A stretch of 64,000 nucleotides of DNA, taken from assembly GCF_039541115.1 (NCBI RefSeq), contig NZ_BAABFP010000002.1, positions 434,001-498,000 on the forward strand. The letters are read 5' to 3'. Shown here one piece after another: positions 9,512 through 19,265 of this stretch. The stretch is from Angustibacter luteus. GTDB lineage: Bacteria > Actinomycetota > Actinomycetes > Actinomycetales > Angustibacteraceae. Position numbers and translations under genes: made by a program. The notes under the pieces were generated by a model that did not search any database, had not been told where the DNA came from, and saw only the letters and a program-made list of their open reading frames with translations. The first letter of the stretch is position 1, and each line of letters begins with the position of its first letter.

Positions 9512-10254
9512 AGGTGACCCGCCGGTGCGACGTCGTGAGCGGCCCAGTCGTCGGCGGCGGCCGTGGCCGCCGGCGTCGCGAGCGGACCGTCCGGGCTCGG
9601 CGCGGTCCCCGGCAGCTCGGAGGTGCCCTTGCCGTCCGCGCTGGAGGGATCCTCGACCGGCTCGGCGCTCGCGTCGGCCTGGACACCACGGGCGAGGCGA
9701 CCAGCCAGGACACCGGCACCGGCGCACAGCGCGAGGAAGGTACCTGGACGACGGCGGGCGTAGTCCCGCACCTCGTCGAGGACGGCACCGGGCTCGCGGT
9801 CCTCCAACCAGGACGCGATCGAGGCGGCGTGGTCGGCCACCTGGCCGGTGAGGTCCTGGGCGAGCCCGGGCTGGGAGGCGCTGGCGGACATGTCGTGCAG
9901 CTGGGTGGACAGGGCGTGCAGGCTGCCGGCAGCGCGCTGCTGCTGCGTGCTGGCCTGATCGGTGAGCTCGGCGCGACCCTGGCTGAGCAGGTCGCGGGCC
10001 TGGGACTTGGCCTCCCCGACCACCTGTCCGGTCTGGTCCTTGACGGTGCCGGCCACGGTGGCGGTCGCCTCCGTCGCCGAGTCCTTGACGTCGGCAGCCT
10101 TGTCCTTGGCCACGTCCGTGCTGGATCCGTTGGTGGTCCCATCGGTGGATGGGCTGGTGCTCCCGTCGGCGAAACCGTTGGCGTACGGGAACGTGCTCGG
10201 CGGGGGCACTGCCCCGTCGGTGGGCGCAGGGTCGTAGCGCGGTGACTCGGTCAT
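9508..10254 (-). CDS. Hypothetical Ala/Thr/Gln-rich helical protein (ElaB/YqjD-like stress protein)
   Basis: Amphipathic repeats and VRDYARRRPGTFLALCAGAGVLAGR motif; GAAAGG RBS. Confidence 0.7.
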   Translation of the reverse strand: MTESPRYDPAPTDGAVPPPSTFPYANGFADGSTSPSTDGTTNGSSTDVAKDKAADVKDSATEATATVAGTVKDQTGQVVGEAKSQARDLLSQGRAELTDQASTQQQRAAGSLHALSTQLHDMSASASQPGLAQDLTGQVADHAASIASWLEDREPGAVLDEVRDYARRRPGTFLALCAGAGVLAGRLARGVQADASAEPVEDPSSADGKGTSELPGTAPSPDGPLATPAATAAADDWAAHDVAPAGHL

Positions 10255-10279
10255 GTCTGGTGCCTTTCGGTGATGGGTC

Positions 10280-11332
10280 TCAGGTGGTCGTGGACTGGTC
10301 GGTGCGCAGGTCGTGGGCTTCCTCGGCCTGCTTGGCCTCGCGCTCTTCCTTCTTGAGCAGGCCGTGGTCGTCGCGCGGCGGTAGCTGCAGCTCGATCTCG
10401 GCGGCCATGCCGGCCTGGAGCTGGCGGCTGCGCTCGAGCTCGGAGTCCAGCTCCGCGCCGAACAGCAGCGCCAGGTTCGTGATCCACAGCCAGAGCAGGA
10501 ACACGACGACTCCGGCGAGCGCGCCGTACGTCTTGTCGTAGCTCGAGAACATCGACACGTACAGGCCGAACAGCACCGATGCGATGACCCAGGTGACGAA
10601 GGCGACCAGCGCGCCGACGCTCATCCAACGGAACTTCGGCTGCTGGACGTTCGGGGTGGCGTAGTAGAGCACCGCGATGACGAGGACGACGACCAGGGCG
10701 ATGACCGGCCACTTGGCGATGTCCCAGGCGGTCACGACGCTGTCCCCCAGCCCGGTGGCGTCGCCGATGGCCGTCGCTACCGGCCCGGTCACCACCAGCG
10801 CGAGGGCGACCAGGGCGGCCATCACGACGGCCACCAAGGTGATCAGGATCTGCAGCGGGCGCAGCTTCCAGAAGGGACGCCCCTCGTCGATCTCGTAGAC
10901 CCGGTTCATCGCGCGGCCGAAGGCGCCGATGTACCCGGATGCCGACCACAGCGCTGTCGCGAGGCCCAGGACGAGCGCCAGACCCGCGCGCGGCGAGGAG
11001 GCCAGCTGCTCCAACGGGCCTCGCACCGTCTGCGTCACCGAGCCGGCGCCGACGTCGTCCAAGATCTTCAGCAGCGTGTCGACGGTCTGCCTACCCTGGC
11101 CGAACACGCCGACGAGCGACACCAGCGCGATGGCCGCGGGGAAGATGGCCAGCACCGAGTAGTACGTCAGGGCGGCGGCCAGGTCCGTGCACTGGTCGTC
11201 GGTGAACTCGCGGAACGCGCGCTTGACCGCCAGCCACCAGGCGCGACCGTGCAGCTCGGTGGGTGAGTCGGCCTTGCGCTCGTCGTCCGGATCGGGGGCG
11301 TCGACGACACGGGTGCTCTCGGTGGATGCCAT
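10280..11332 (-). CDS. YihY/virulence factor BrkB family membrane protein
   Basis: AAALTYYSVLAIFP, LWSASG and YDKTYGALAGVVVFLLWLW..GAE. Confidence 0.92.
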   Translation of the reverse strand: MASTESTRVVDAPDPDDERKADSPTELHGRAWWLAVKRAFREFTDDQCTDLAAALTYYSVLAIFPAAIALVSLVGVFGQGRQTVDTLLKILDDVGAGSVTQTVRGPLEQLASSPRAGLALVLGLATALWSASGYIGAFGRAMNRVYEIDEGRPFWKLRPLQILITLVAVVMAALVALALVVTGPVATAIGDATGLGDSVVTAWDIAKWPVIALVVVLVIAVLYYATPNVQQPKFRWMSVGALVAFVTWVIASVLFGLYVSMFSSYDKTYGALAGVVVFLLWLWITNLALLFGAELDSELERSRQLQAGMAAEIELQLPPRDDHGLLKKEEREAKQAEEAHDLRTDQSTTT

Positions 11333-11537
11333 GACTGCGGTCTCCTACAACAAACGTTGGAAGGTGGCCGCTGACTTGACCTGACCTGAGCATGGGGCCG
11401 TTCTGCCCGCGGCGCCTGTCGATCTACGGCAAATGCGGCCACCGCAGGAGAACCGGTCCCCTGGGACGACCTCACCCGCCCAGAACCGTGCGAGGCTGTC
11501 AGCGGGGCGGGCTCGCCTCCGGTGGACCAAGGGGTGG

Positions 11538-12281
11538 ATGCCGATGTCGGACGCGACGCGGGGGGCCCGCTCGCACGGGTCGGGTGTCAGTCGCGACCAG
11601 GTCGACGTCATCGCCACCACCCTGGCGAAGGTGGCGCGCGACCTCGAGAGCCAGTGGAAGAACGCGGAGGAGACGCTCCTGGCGATCATCCAGGCGGCCG
11701 CGCACACCGTGCCGGGCGCCGAGTTCGCCAGCATCACCGAGGTCCGTAGCAGTCAGGAGCTCTCCGAGCGGCTGGCGACCTCACCCGTCGCCGCGCGGGC
11801 CGACGCCGCCCAGTACGAGCTGGGTGAGGGTCCCTGCCTGGACTCCGCGTACGCGCACCAGACGATCCGGGTCCGTGACTTCGCCGACGAGCCGCGGTGG
11901 CCACGTTTCGCGGAGGCGGCGCTCGGACTCGGGGTGCGCAGCATGCTCGCGCTCCAGCTCTACGTCGAGCAGGACGATCTCGGAGCACTCAACCTGTTCG
12001 CCCGGGTTCCCCATGCGTTCGACGACGAGGCCGAGAGCGTGGGGCTGCTCTTCGCCGCGCACGCGGCCGTGGCGATGGCGGGTGCCAACCGCGAGGCGAG
12101 CATGCGGATCGCCCTGAGCAGCCGTGACCTGATCGGCCAGGCCAAGGGGATGCTCATGGAGAGGTACAAGATCGACGCGGACGTCGCGTTCGGCCTGCTC
12201 GTGCGGGTGAGCCAGGAGTCCAACATCAGGGTGGCGGTGGTCGCCGAGCAGCTGGCCCGCACGGGCCTGATCTCGCCCTGA
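11538..12281 (+). CDS. GAF-ANTAR domain protein
   Basis: QYELGEGPCLD..RWPRFA GAF motif and C-terminal SRDLIGQAKGMLMER..AFGLLVRVSQ ANTAR; start could be 11538 or 11544. Confidence 0.9.
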   Translation: MPMSDATRGARSHGSGVSRDQVDVIATTLAKVARDLESQWKNAEETLLAIIQAAAHTVPGAEFASITEVRSSQELSERLATSPVAARADAAQYELGEGPCLDSAYAHQTIRVRDFADEPRWPRFAEAALGLGVRSMLALQLYVEQDDLGALNLFARVPHAFDDEAESVGLLFAAHAAVAMAGANREASMRIALSSRDLIGQAKGMLMERYKIDADVAFGLLVRVSQESNIRVAVVAEQLARTGLISP

Positions 12282-12307
12282 CCGGGCGGCCCGCGTCGGG
12301 CGTCAGA

Positions 12308-12787
12308 TCACAGCTCGACGGTCTCGTTCTCGCCGCCGTCGTACGGCTCGCCAGTCACCTTGGCCTTGACCAGGCTCAGCACCGTGGCGACCCGCCCGCC
12401 GGGGCTGTCCCAGTACTCGGCGGTGTCGGCGTCCACCCGGATCAGTGCGACGTCCGCGTCGTCCGGGCCCTCCGGGAACCACGCCCCGACGACGGGGTTC
12501 CAGAGCTCGCGGATCTTCGCCCGGTCCTCGAGCACCTCGGCGGTGCCGGAGACCGAGACCCACGAGCTGCTGCCGGCGTACGCGACGTTGACCTGGGAGC
12601 GCGCCCGGATCTGCTGCACCGCAGGGGTATTGGCCGCGACCACGAACCACAGGACGCCGTCGAACTCGGCCTCCTGGGTGGTCATCGGCCGGCTGACGAT
12701 CACCCCGTGGTCGTCCACCGTGCTGAGCATGCAGGTTCGCACGTCCTCCACCAGCTCCTGGACCTTCGCATGGGCCTCGGCGGTCAT
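12308..12787 (-). CDS. Pyridoxamine 5'-phosphate oxidase-like / general stress protein 26 family
   Basis: CMLST..SRPM..LWF..WVSVSG..ELWNP..AWFPEG..AEYWD; AGGAG RBS. Confidence 0.88.
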   Translation of the reverse strand: MTAEAHAKVQELVEDVRTCMLSTVDDHGVIVSRPMTTQEAEFDGVLWFVVAANTPAVQQIRARSQVNVAYAGSSSWVSVSGTAEVLEDRAKIRELWNPVVGAWFPEGPDDADVALIRVDADTAEYWDSPGGRVATVLSLVKAKVTGEPYDGGENETVEL

Positions 12788-12928
12788 CAGCGCTCTCCTG
12801 TCGTCGGGTGCGGGTTCGTCAAGACTGCGGGCCCACGGCGAAAGCTGCCCAGCGGTGCAACGGATCGGGGCCGACGTGCGGCCGCTGCGATCCAGAGGCA
12901 TGGTGGGCCCCGACGAAAGGGTGACGTG

Positions 12929-13057
12929 ATGACATCAGTGGGTCGGGACGGCTACGGGGACCCGGATCATGACGACAAGGGCGCCGTGAGCGCCGAACCG
13001 CCGACGCCACCGTCCGTGCCTGTCGTCCCTGCCCCGGCCATCGACGACAACTCCTGA
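12929..13057 (+). CDS. Possible 42-aa acidic, Pro-rich small protein
   Basis: GAAAGGG RBS, then MTSVGRDGYGDPDHDDKG..; no recognisable family. Confidence 0.3.
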   Translation: MTSVGRDGYGDPDHDDKGAVSAEPPTPPSVPVVPAPAIDDNS

Positions 13058-13106
13058 CGCAGCGGTTCCGGATGCGATCATCGCCGACCCGCTGCACGCT
13101 CTGCAC

Positions 13107-13322
13107 ATGACGAACCCACCCGAGTTCCGGCGCGACCAGAAGCCGTCCGACGAGCCGCAGCTCGACGAGCACCCGGACGAGGGGATGGAGGAGTTCGAGC
13201 GGACCGGTCGTGAGGACGCCGACCTGGCCGAGGTCGACGAGGACGAGAGCCCGTTGCCGGACGGGACCGCGGCAGACGGAGCGACGGCCCCGGTGACGAG
13301 CCCGCCGGAGGACTCCCGGTGA
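13107..13322 (+). CDS. Small acidic, probably disordered protein (71 aa)
   Basis: D/E/P-rich; CACGCT-6nt-ATG leaderless layout; stop overlaps the LLM start (GTGA). Confidence 0.55.
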   Translation: MTNPPEFRRDQKPSDEPQLDEHPDEGMEEFERTGREDADLAEVDEDESPLPDGTAADGATAPVTSPPEDSR

Positions 13323-14305
13323 CCCGATTCGGGTACACCCTGATGACCGAGCAGGCGGGTCCGCGCCAGCTCGTGCGGGACGCGGCCGCCGCCGAGGCCG
13401 CCGGCTTCGACTTCGAGGTCAGCAGCGACCACTACTTCCCCTGGCTGGAAGCACAGGGGCACGCGCCGTACGCCTGGTCCGTCCTCGGCGCGGTCAGCCA
13501 GGTCACCGAGCGCGTCGAGCTGATGACGTACGTGACCTGCCCGACGATCCGGTACCACCCCGCGGTGGTCGCGCAGAAGGCCGCGACGCTGGGCCTGCTG
13601 AGCGAGGGCCGGTTCACCCTCGGCCTGGGCGCGGGCGAGAACCTGAACGAGCACGTGGTCGGCCGCGGCTGGCCGGCCGTGCGGGCTCGGCAGGAGATGC
13701 TGGTCGAGGCGGTCCAGATCATCCGCGACCTCTTTGGCGGCGGCCTGGTCGACTTCACCGGCGAGCACTTCCGGGTCGAGTCCGCGCGCCTGTGGGACCT
13801 GCCCGAGACCCCCGTGCCCCTCGCGCTCGCCGCCTCGGGCAAGCGCTCCATCGAGCGGTACGCGCCGCTGGCCGACCACCTGGTCGCCGTCGAGCCGGAC
13901 GCCGATCTCGTTGCAGGGTGGGCGAAGCACCGCGCGGACGCCGGGCTGCCGGCGTCCCGCAGCATCGGCCAGCTCCCCATCTGCTGGGGACCGGACCGCG
14001 ACCGCGCGGTCGAGACGGCCCACGAGCAGTTCCGCTGGTTCGCCGGCGGCTGGAAGGTCAACTCCGACCTGCCGACCACCGCCGGGTTCGCCGGAGCCTC
14101 GCAGTTCGTCCGACCCGACGACGTGGCCGAGCAGATCCCGTGCGGGCCCGAGGTCGAGCCGATCGTCGATGCGGTACGCGACTACTGGGAGGCGGGCTTC
14201 ACCGACATCGCGCTGATCCAGGTCGGCGCCGACAGCCAGGGCGACTTCCTGGCGTTCGCCGAGTCCGAGCTGCTGCCCGCGCTGCGCGAAGCAGCGCCCA
14301 GCTAG
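13319..14305 (+). CDS. LLM-class F420-dependent oxidoreductase (G6PDH-like family)
   Basis: FGYTLMTEQ, SSDHYFPW..GHAPYAW, TCPTIRYHPAVVAQ and GAGENLNEH. Confidence 0.9.
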   Translation: MTRFGYTLMTEQAGPRQLVRDAAAAEAAGFDFEVSSDHYFPWLEAQGHAPYAWSVLGAVSQVTERVELMTYVTCPTIRYHPAVVAQKAATLGLLSEGRFTLGLGAGENLNEHVVGRGWPAVRARQEMLVEAVQIIRDLFGGGLVDFTGEHFRVESARLWDLPETPVPLALAASGKRSIERYAPLADHLVAVEPDADLVAGWAKHRADAGLPASRSIGQLPICWGPDRDRAVETAHEQFRWFAGGWKVNSDLPTTAGFAGASQFVRPDDVAEQIPCGPEVEPIVDAVRDYWEAGFTDIALIQVGADSQGDFLAFAESELLPALREAAPS

Positions 14306-14317
14306 GCGACCGGCGAC

Positions 14318-14746
14318 TCAGCCCTGCGGGTCCCGCCAGGTCGGGACGAACCGGCGGCCAGTGATGTCGTCGACCTCGATCCGGACGAAGATCGGCTTCG
14401 ATCCCTGCTGCCACGCCGCCAACGACATCCCGAACGTCTCCAGGACGTCGTGCAGCTGACGGACGACGTGCGCCCGTCCCTTGGCCACGACGCTCCACGC
14501 CAGACCGGTCTGCAGGTCCACGCCGTCCACCTCGAAGGCCACCCGGCTGCCGTCGGCACCGCCGAGCTTCGTGCCCGGCGCGGTCCGGAACACGATGTCC
14601 CCACGGTCGACCACGTGGTTCACCGGGAAGATCTCGGGCTGGTCGTCCACGATCACCGCCAGCCGTCCGACCGCTGTCCCGCGGACGAGCTGCCACGAGT
14701 CGTGCGCCAACAGCTGCTCGATCTCCGGTACGGCGTGGGTTTCCAT
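14318..14746 (-). CDS. Pyridoxamine 5'-phosphate oxidase family protein (split barrel, similar to those in DosR regulons)
   Basis: VGRLAV..PEIFPVNH..IVFRTAPGTKL..VAFEVD..WSVVAKG..ITGRRF. Confidence 0.88.
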   Translation of the reverse strand: METHAVPEIEQLLAHDSWQLVRGTAVGRLAVIVDDQPEIFPVNHVVDRGDIVFRTAPGTKLGGADGSRVAFEVDGVDLQTGLAWSVVAKGRAHVVRQLHDVLETFGMSLAAWQQGSKPIFVRIEVDDITGRRFVPTWRDPQG

Positions 14747-14782
14747 GCCCCCAGGATGCGTACCCGGCGTCCGCCCTGCCCA

Positions 14783-14796
14783 GGGCCGGAGGTCCC
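14783..14796. promoter_or_regulatory. DosR/DevR-box-like site
   Basis: Reverse complement GGGACCTCCGGCCC fits the GGGAC-N4-GNCCC core; about 37 bp upstream of the 14746 start. Confidence 0.6.
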
Positions 14797-14820
14797 GTCC
14801 CTGGCGGCCCACCCCCCCCA

Positions 14821-16032
14821 CTAGGCGGTCGGGGCCAGCTCCGCGGACGCGCGACATCGCGCCACCTCGGTGCGAGAGTGGCGGACGGGCTCGACGTCAG
14901 CCCCCTGCGCATCGGCGACGTCGTGGGTCAGGTCGAGGATGGCCCGGCGCAGGTGCTTGCGCGCCTTTCGGGCACGACGGTTCGGGGCGGACTTCCGGAA
15001 CGCCTTGCGGGACTTCCGGTCGAGGGTGGCTTCGAGCTCCTCGGGGTGCACGGACCCCGCCTCGATCTCGGGGGCCAGGATGTCGCGGACGAACTGGTGC
15101 TCACGGGGCGCGGCGAGCCGGAAGGCGATCGTCAGCACGGTGAACGCGAGCGCGACCGAGGCGCACATGACCCCGAACGTCCCCAGACCGCTGCCACCGC
15201 CGAGGCCGCCGGCGTCGTCCCAGGTGAAGTGCAGGAACATGCCGATCAGCACGAACGCGACGCCGCGACCGATCCGGCGCGGCTGCGCAGCGGTGCCGAG
15301 GAGGTAGACGACACCGCTGCAGACCAGCGCACTGAACAGCGGGTGCGAGACGAAGCTCACGGCGATCCGGGTGAAGGACATCTGCACGGCGTTGCCGACC
15401 GGGTCGGTGCCGAACGCCGAGGCGGTGGAGTTCGCGGCGTACAGGAAGTCCTCGAACGCGGCGAAGCCCAGCCCGATGAAGGCACCGATCACCAGGCCGT
15501 CGTTGGCAGTGCGGACCAGCCGTGGTGCCAGCCCCATCAGCAGGATGAAGCCGCACAGCTTGGCCGCCTCCTCCGTGAACGGGGCGGTGAAACCCGCGGC
15601 CCAGTTGGCGCTCCAGTCCTGCCCGAACAGCTTGGGGTAGATGCCGAGCATCGCTGTGTTGACGGTCATGGCGAACGCGAAGGTCGCCGGGATCGCGCCC
15701 CAGACCAGGCCCGCCACGACGAGCCCCACGGGCTGGCGCTCCCACCGGTCGATGTGCCGGAACCACAGCCACCAGGCGGCACCGCAGAGCCCGCAGAGCA
15801 CGGCCGAGATCGCGAACGCCTCGGCGTAGAACCCGATCTTCGGGTCGAAGTACGACCAGACCTGAAAGACCCCCACCGCGGTCAGCCACAGGTACACCCA
15901 GAAGCACAGGTTGTGCGGCTGGACGAAGTCGAACCGTTCACCCCAGCCGGACTCCTCGAGGGCATCAGCCTGACGGCGCAGCGCGTCCTCCGAGCCGGAC
16001 TCGGCCTCCGTGCCCATCACCAGGTTGCTCAT
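14821..16032 (-). CDS. PrsW family intramembrane glutamic protease
   Basis: DRWERQP, FTEEAAK (EExxK), GLGFAAFEDFLY, HPLF and HFTWD motifs. Confidence 0.9.
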   Translation of the reverse strand: MSNLVMGTEAESGSEDALRRQADALEESGWGERFDFVQPHNLCFWVYLWLTAVGVFQVWSYFDPKIGFYAEAFAISAVLCGLCGAAWWLWFRHIDRWERQPVGLVVAGLVWGAIPATFAFAMTVNTAMLGIYPKLFGQDWSANWAAGFTAPFTEEAAKLCGFILLMGLAPRLVRTANDGLVIGAFIGLGFAAFEDFLYAANSTASAFGTDPVGNAVQMSFTRIAVSFVSHPLFSALVCSGVVYLLGTAAQPRRIGRGVAFVLIGMFLHFTWDDAGGLGGGSGLGTFGVMCASVALAFTVLTIAFRLAAPREHQFVRDILAPEIEAGSVHPEELEATLDRKSRKAFRKSAPNRRARKARKHLRRAILDLTHDVADAQGADVEPVRHSRTEVARCRASAELAPTA

Positions 16033-16667
16033 CCGGCGCTCCCATCGGCGCCGCTGGCGCGGATGCTGGCGATCATGTCCTGGATGTCTTCGGCCGCGGC
16101 CCGCATCTGCGTCGGGGGGCCGTAGGCGGTGACCTGCAACCCCTCACCGTCCAGGACGAACGCCGCGACCAGGCCGTCGCCGTTGACGCTGCTGTAGGTC
16201 TGGATCACCCCGACGTCGCCGCCCGTCGTCGTGATGGTGGCGGGCTCGCCGTCCACCCGGAACGTCGGGTCACCGGTGGCGCTGGTGACCTTCGCGATCT
16301 GGTCGAGCAGCTCGGCGGGGGTGCCGTCGAACGTGCCGGGCACCACGTCGAACGTGACCCCGTCGCCCACCACGGTCGCCTCACCGCTCTGGACCGTGGA
16401 GCCACCCGCACCGACCCGGTAGCCGCGCTCGACGTCCCAGCCGGTCACCGGGGTGAACGCGATGGTGTCGGTCAGCGCGAGCTGCTCTCCGGCGCGGACG
16501 GGGTCGTCCCAGTCGATCGCGTCGTTGACCCGCGGGATGACCACCGTCGCCACGAGGAACACCGCGACGACGAAGAGCGCGTAGGGAAAGGATCGCTTGT
16601 CGAGGCCGAGCAGCCGGTGCTCGACGGGCACCCGCTCCCGACCGAGGGAACTGGCACTCAACGACAT
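16029..16667 (-). CDS. Hypothetical single-pass membrane protein with extracytoplasmic domain
   Basis: VPVEHRLLGLDKRS, then a TM helix, then a beta-rich domain; ATGA overlap with prsW. Confidence 0.7.
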   Translation of the reverse strand: MSLSASSLGRERVPVEHRLLGLDKRSFPYALFVVAVFLVATVVIPRVNDAIDWDDPVRAGEQLALTDTIAFTPVTGWDVERGYRVGAGGSTVQSGEATVVGDGVTFDVVPGTFDGTPAELLDQIAKVTSATGDPTFRVDGEPATITTTGGDVGVIQTYSSVNGDGLVAAFVLDGEGLQVTAYGPPTQMRAAAEDIQDMIASIRASGADGSAG

Positions 16668-16768
16668 CGGGCCCCCAGACGTTGCCCGGGCGACGGCCCC
16701 ACCCGGCGAGTCACCACCATACCCGCAGCGCGGCACGCCTTCCTGGATCGCGCCACTACCCTGACGTC

Positions 16769-18403
16769 GTGACCCAGGTCCCCACCGACGGCCCCCGGAC
16801 ACCACTGCTCGACGCCGTCGTCGCGGTCAGCTCCGACCTGGATCTGGCCCAGGTCCTGAGCCGGATCGTCCGCTCGGCCTGCGAGCTCGTCGATGCGACG
16901 TACGGCGCGCTCGGCGTGATCGCACCCGAGGGTGAGCGGCTCGTCGAGTTCATCACGCACGGGCTCTCGGCCGACGAGCGCTCGCTGATCGGCGACCCCC
17001 CGCACGGCCGCGGCGTCCTCGGCCTGCTCATCGAGGACCCGCGTCCACGCCGGATGAAGGACATCATGTCGCACCCGGACTCCTACGGGTTCCCGCCGAA
17101 CCACCCGCCGATGCACAGCTTCCTCGGCGCGCCGATCTCGATCCGCGGCGAGGTCTACGGCAACCTCTACATGTCGGAGAAGCGGAGCGCGCCGGAGTTC
17201 ACCGAGGACGACGAGCAGGTGCTCGTCGCGCTGGCGGCCGCGGCCGGCGTCGCCATCGAGAACGCCCGGCTGTACGACCGCACCCGACGACAGCGGGGGC
17301 TGGCGGACGCCATCGGTGAGATGACCCAGGGGTTGCTCGAGGGTGGACAGCCCGGCGACGCGCTGCGGCTCATGGCCGTTCGCTGCACCGAGCTCACCAG
17401 CGCCGAGCTGTCCGTCATCGCGCTCTACGACGCGGACCGGCGGCTGGTCGTCGAGGCCACCAGCGCAGAGCCCCCGGACCAGGCGGTCGGCGACACCCTC
17501 GGCGCCGGGCGGTGGGACGACATCGTCGCCGAGGGCTCACCCCTGCTGCTGGTCAGTCGGGAGGGCGAGACCCCCGCGCCGGAGGTCGAGGCCATCCGCC
17601 GCCTGGGTGCCCCAGGTGCGCCCGGGCCGACGGCCGTCGTGGCCATCTCCGTCGGCGAGTCCGCGCTCGGCGTCCTTGCCGTCACCTGGGGTGCGGACGA
17701 CGACGGCACGGCGGCCGACTCACTCGAGGCGTTGCGCTCGTTCGGCCGGACGGCGGCGCTGGCCCTCGAGGCGTCGACGGCCCAGCGCGACCGGGGGCGC
17801 ATGGAGCTGCTCGAGGACCGGGACCGCATCGCCCGAGACATGCACGACCACGTCATCCAGCGGCTGTTCGCCACCGGGCTCTCCCTGCAGTCCGCGTCTC
17901 GGCTGTCCGCAGACGCCCGCGTGCGCGAACGGCTCGACTCCGCCGTGGACGAGCTGGACGACGCGATCAAGGACATCCGGCAGACCATCTTCGGGCTGCA
18001 CCGCCCGATCGGCGGGCTGGGCATGTCGTCGCAGGTCGCCGAGCTGGTCCAGCAGGCGGCCGCCTCGCTCGGGTTCACCCCGGAGGTCGAGCCGCCGACG
18101 GACTGGGACGCCCTCACCCCCGACCTCGAGGCCGAGGTGCTCGCCGTCGTGCGCGAGGGACTGGCCAACGTCGTCCGGCACGCCGAGGCCTCGTGGTGCC
18201 GGCTGCGCATCGAGGTCACGGACCAGGTCACCGTGCTGGTCGAGGACGACGGGGTAGGCGTCGCGGAGGGCGACCACGCGCGCAGCGGTCTGGCGAACCT
18301 CACCCGTCGCGCCGAGCGCTCCGGCGGCACGCTCAGCATCCGGGCCCGCAGTGGGGGCGGGACCCTGGTCAGCTGGCAGGTGCCGCTGCCCTCGCCACGC
18401 TGA
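16769..18403 (+). CDS. Double-GAF sensor histidine kinase, DosS/DevS-like
   Basis: HPDSYGFPPNHPPMHSFLG (heme GAF motif of DosS type), RIARDMHDHVIQRLFA HisKA_3, EGLANVVRHA and DDGVG; TACCCT-6nt-GTG leaderless start. Confidence 0.9.
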   Translation: MTQVPTDGPRTPLLDAVVAVSSDLDLAQVLSRIVRSACELVDATYGALGVIAPEGERLVEFITHGLSADERSLIGDPPHGRGVLGLLIEDPRPRRMKDIMSHPDSYGFPPNHPPMHSFLGAPISIRGEVYGNLYMSEKRSAPEFTEDDEQVLVALAAAAGVAIENARLYDRTRRQRGLADAIGEMTQGLLEGGQPGDALRLMAVRCTELTSAELSVIALYDADRRLVVEATSAEPPDQAVGDTLGAGRWDDIVAEGSPLLLVSREGETPAPEVEAIRRLGAPGAPGPTAVVAISVGESALGVLAVTWGADDDGTAADSLEALRSFGRTAALALEASTAQRDRGRMELLEDRDRIARDMHDHVIQRLFATGLSLQSASRLSADARVRERLDSAVDELDDAIKDIRQTIFGLHRPIGGLGMSSQVAELVQQAAASLGFTPEVEPPTDWDALTPDLEAEVLAVVREGLANVVRHAEASWCRLRIEVTDQVTVLVEDDGVGVAEGDHARSGLANLTRRAERSGGTLSIRARSGGGTLVSWQVPLPSPR

Positions 18404-18415
18404 ACCGACCCGGCC

Positions 18416-19066
18416 TCACCGCGTCGGGGGCTGCGGCGCCGCGGAGTGGGTGGCCGCGTAGACCGCCGCCTGCGTCCGGCGCTCGAAGCCGAGCTTGCTC
18501 AGGATGGCCGTCACGTAGTTCTTGACCGTCTTCTCCGCCAACGACATGGCCTCGCCGATCTGTCGGTTGGTCAGCCCGTCCGCGAGGTGCTGCAGGATGC
18601 GTCGCTCCTGCGGCGACAGCGATGCCAGTCGCGGATCGTCCCGGCCCGCGTCCCACTGCCGACGGATCGAGGCGCGCCGCTCGTCGTCGATCAGCGACTC
18701 ACCGGAAGCGACCCGGCGGATGGACGAGACCAGGTCGTTGCCCTTGATGTCCTTCAGGACGTAGCCCGCCGCGCCGGCCGCCACCGCGGCCGCGAGCGCC
18801 TGCTCGTCGTCGTACGACGTCACGATGAGCACGGCGATCCCGGGGTCGACCGACCGCACGTCCCGACAGGTGTCGATGCCGGAGCCGTCCGGCAGCCGCG
18901 CGTCCAGCAGGGCCACGTCGGGGCGCAGCGCCGGGATGCGGCGGGTCGCCTCCTGGGCCGAACCGGACTCCCCCACCACCTCGATGTCGTCCTCGAGCTC
19001 CAACAGCTCACGCAGGCCACGCCGGACGATCTCGTGGTCGTCCAGCAGGAACACCTTGACCGTCAT
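18416..19066 (-). CDS. NarL/LuxR response regulator, DosR/DevR-like
   Basis: VKVFLLDDHEIVRRG, LDARLPDGSG, GYVLKDIKG and GLTNRQI..LAEKTVKNYV..RRTQAAV. Confidence 0.92.
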   Translation of the reverse strand: MTVKVFLLDDHEIVRRGLRELLELEDDIEVVGESGSAQEATRRIPALRPDVALLDARLPDGSGIDTCRDVRSVDPGIAVLIVTSYDDEQALAAAVAAGAAGYVLKDIKGNDLVSSIRRVASGESLIDDERRASIRRQWDAGRDDPRLASLSPQERRILQHLADGLTNRQIGEAMSLAEKTVKNYVTAILSKLGFERRTQAAVYAATHSAAPQPPTR

Positions 19067-19153
19067 GGCGCCTCCCTCCCCGTCACTATGACCCACTTCC
19101 CGTCTCGCGCGTCGTCGTCCCGCCACCCTCGCGCGCGCGGTGACGCCGAAGGA

Positions 19154-19167
19154 GGGCCGAAGGTCCC
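19154..19167. promoter_or_regulatory. DosR/DevR-box-like site
   Basis: Reverse complement GGGACCTTCGGCCC, between the divergent response regulator and CoA-transferase genes. Confidence 0.65.
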
Positions 19168-19265
19168 GGCCCTACGCCGGCGCGTTGACCAACCTGGTAG
19201 ACAGGCCCAAACCGAGGAGGTGGCATGGCCGCTGTGCCGTACGACCACCACGTCGTCGGGAACGC

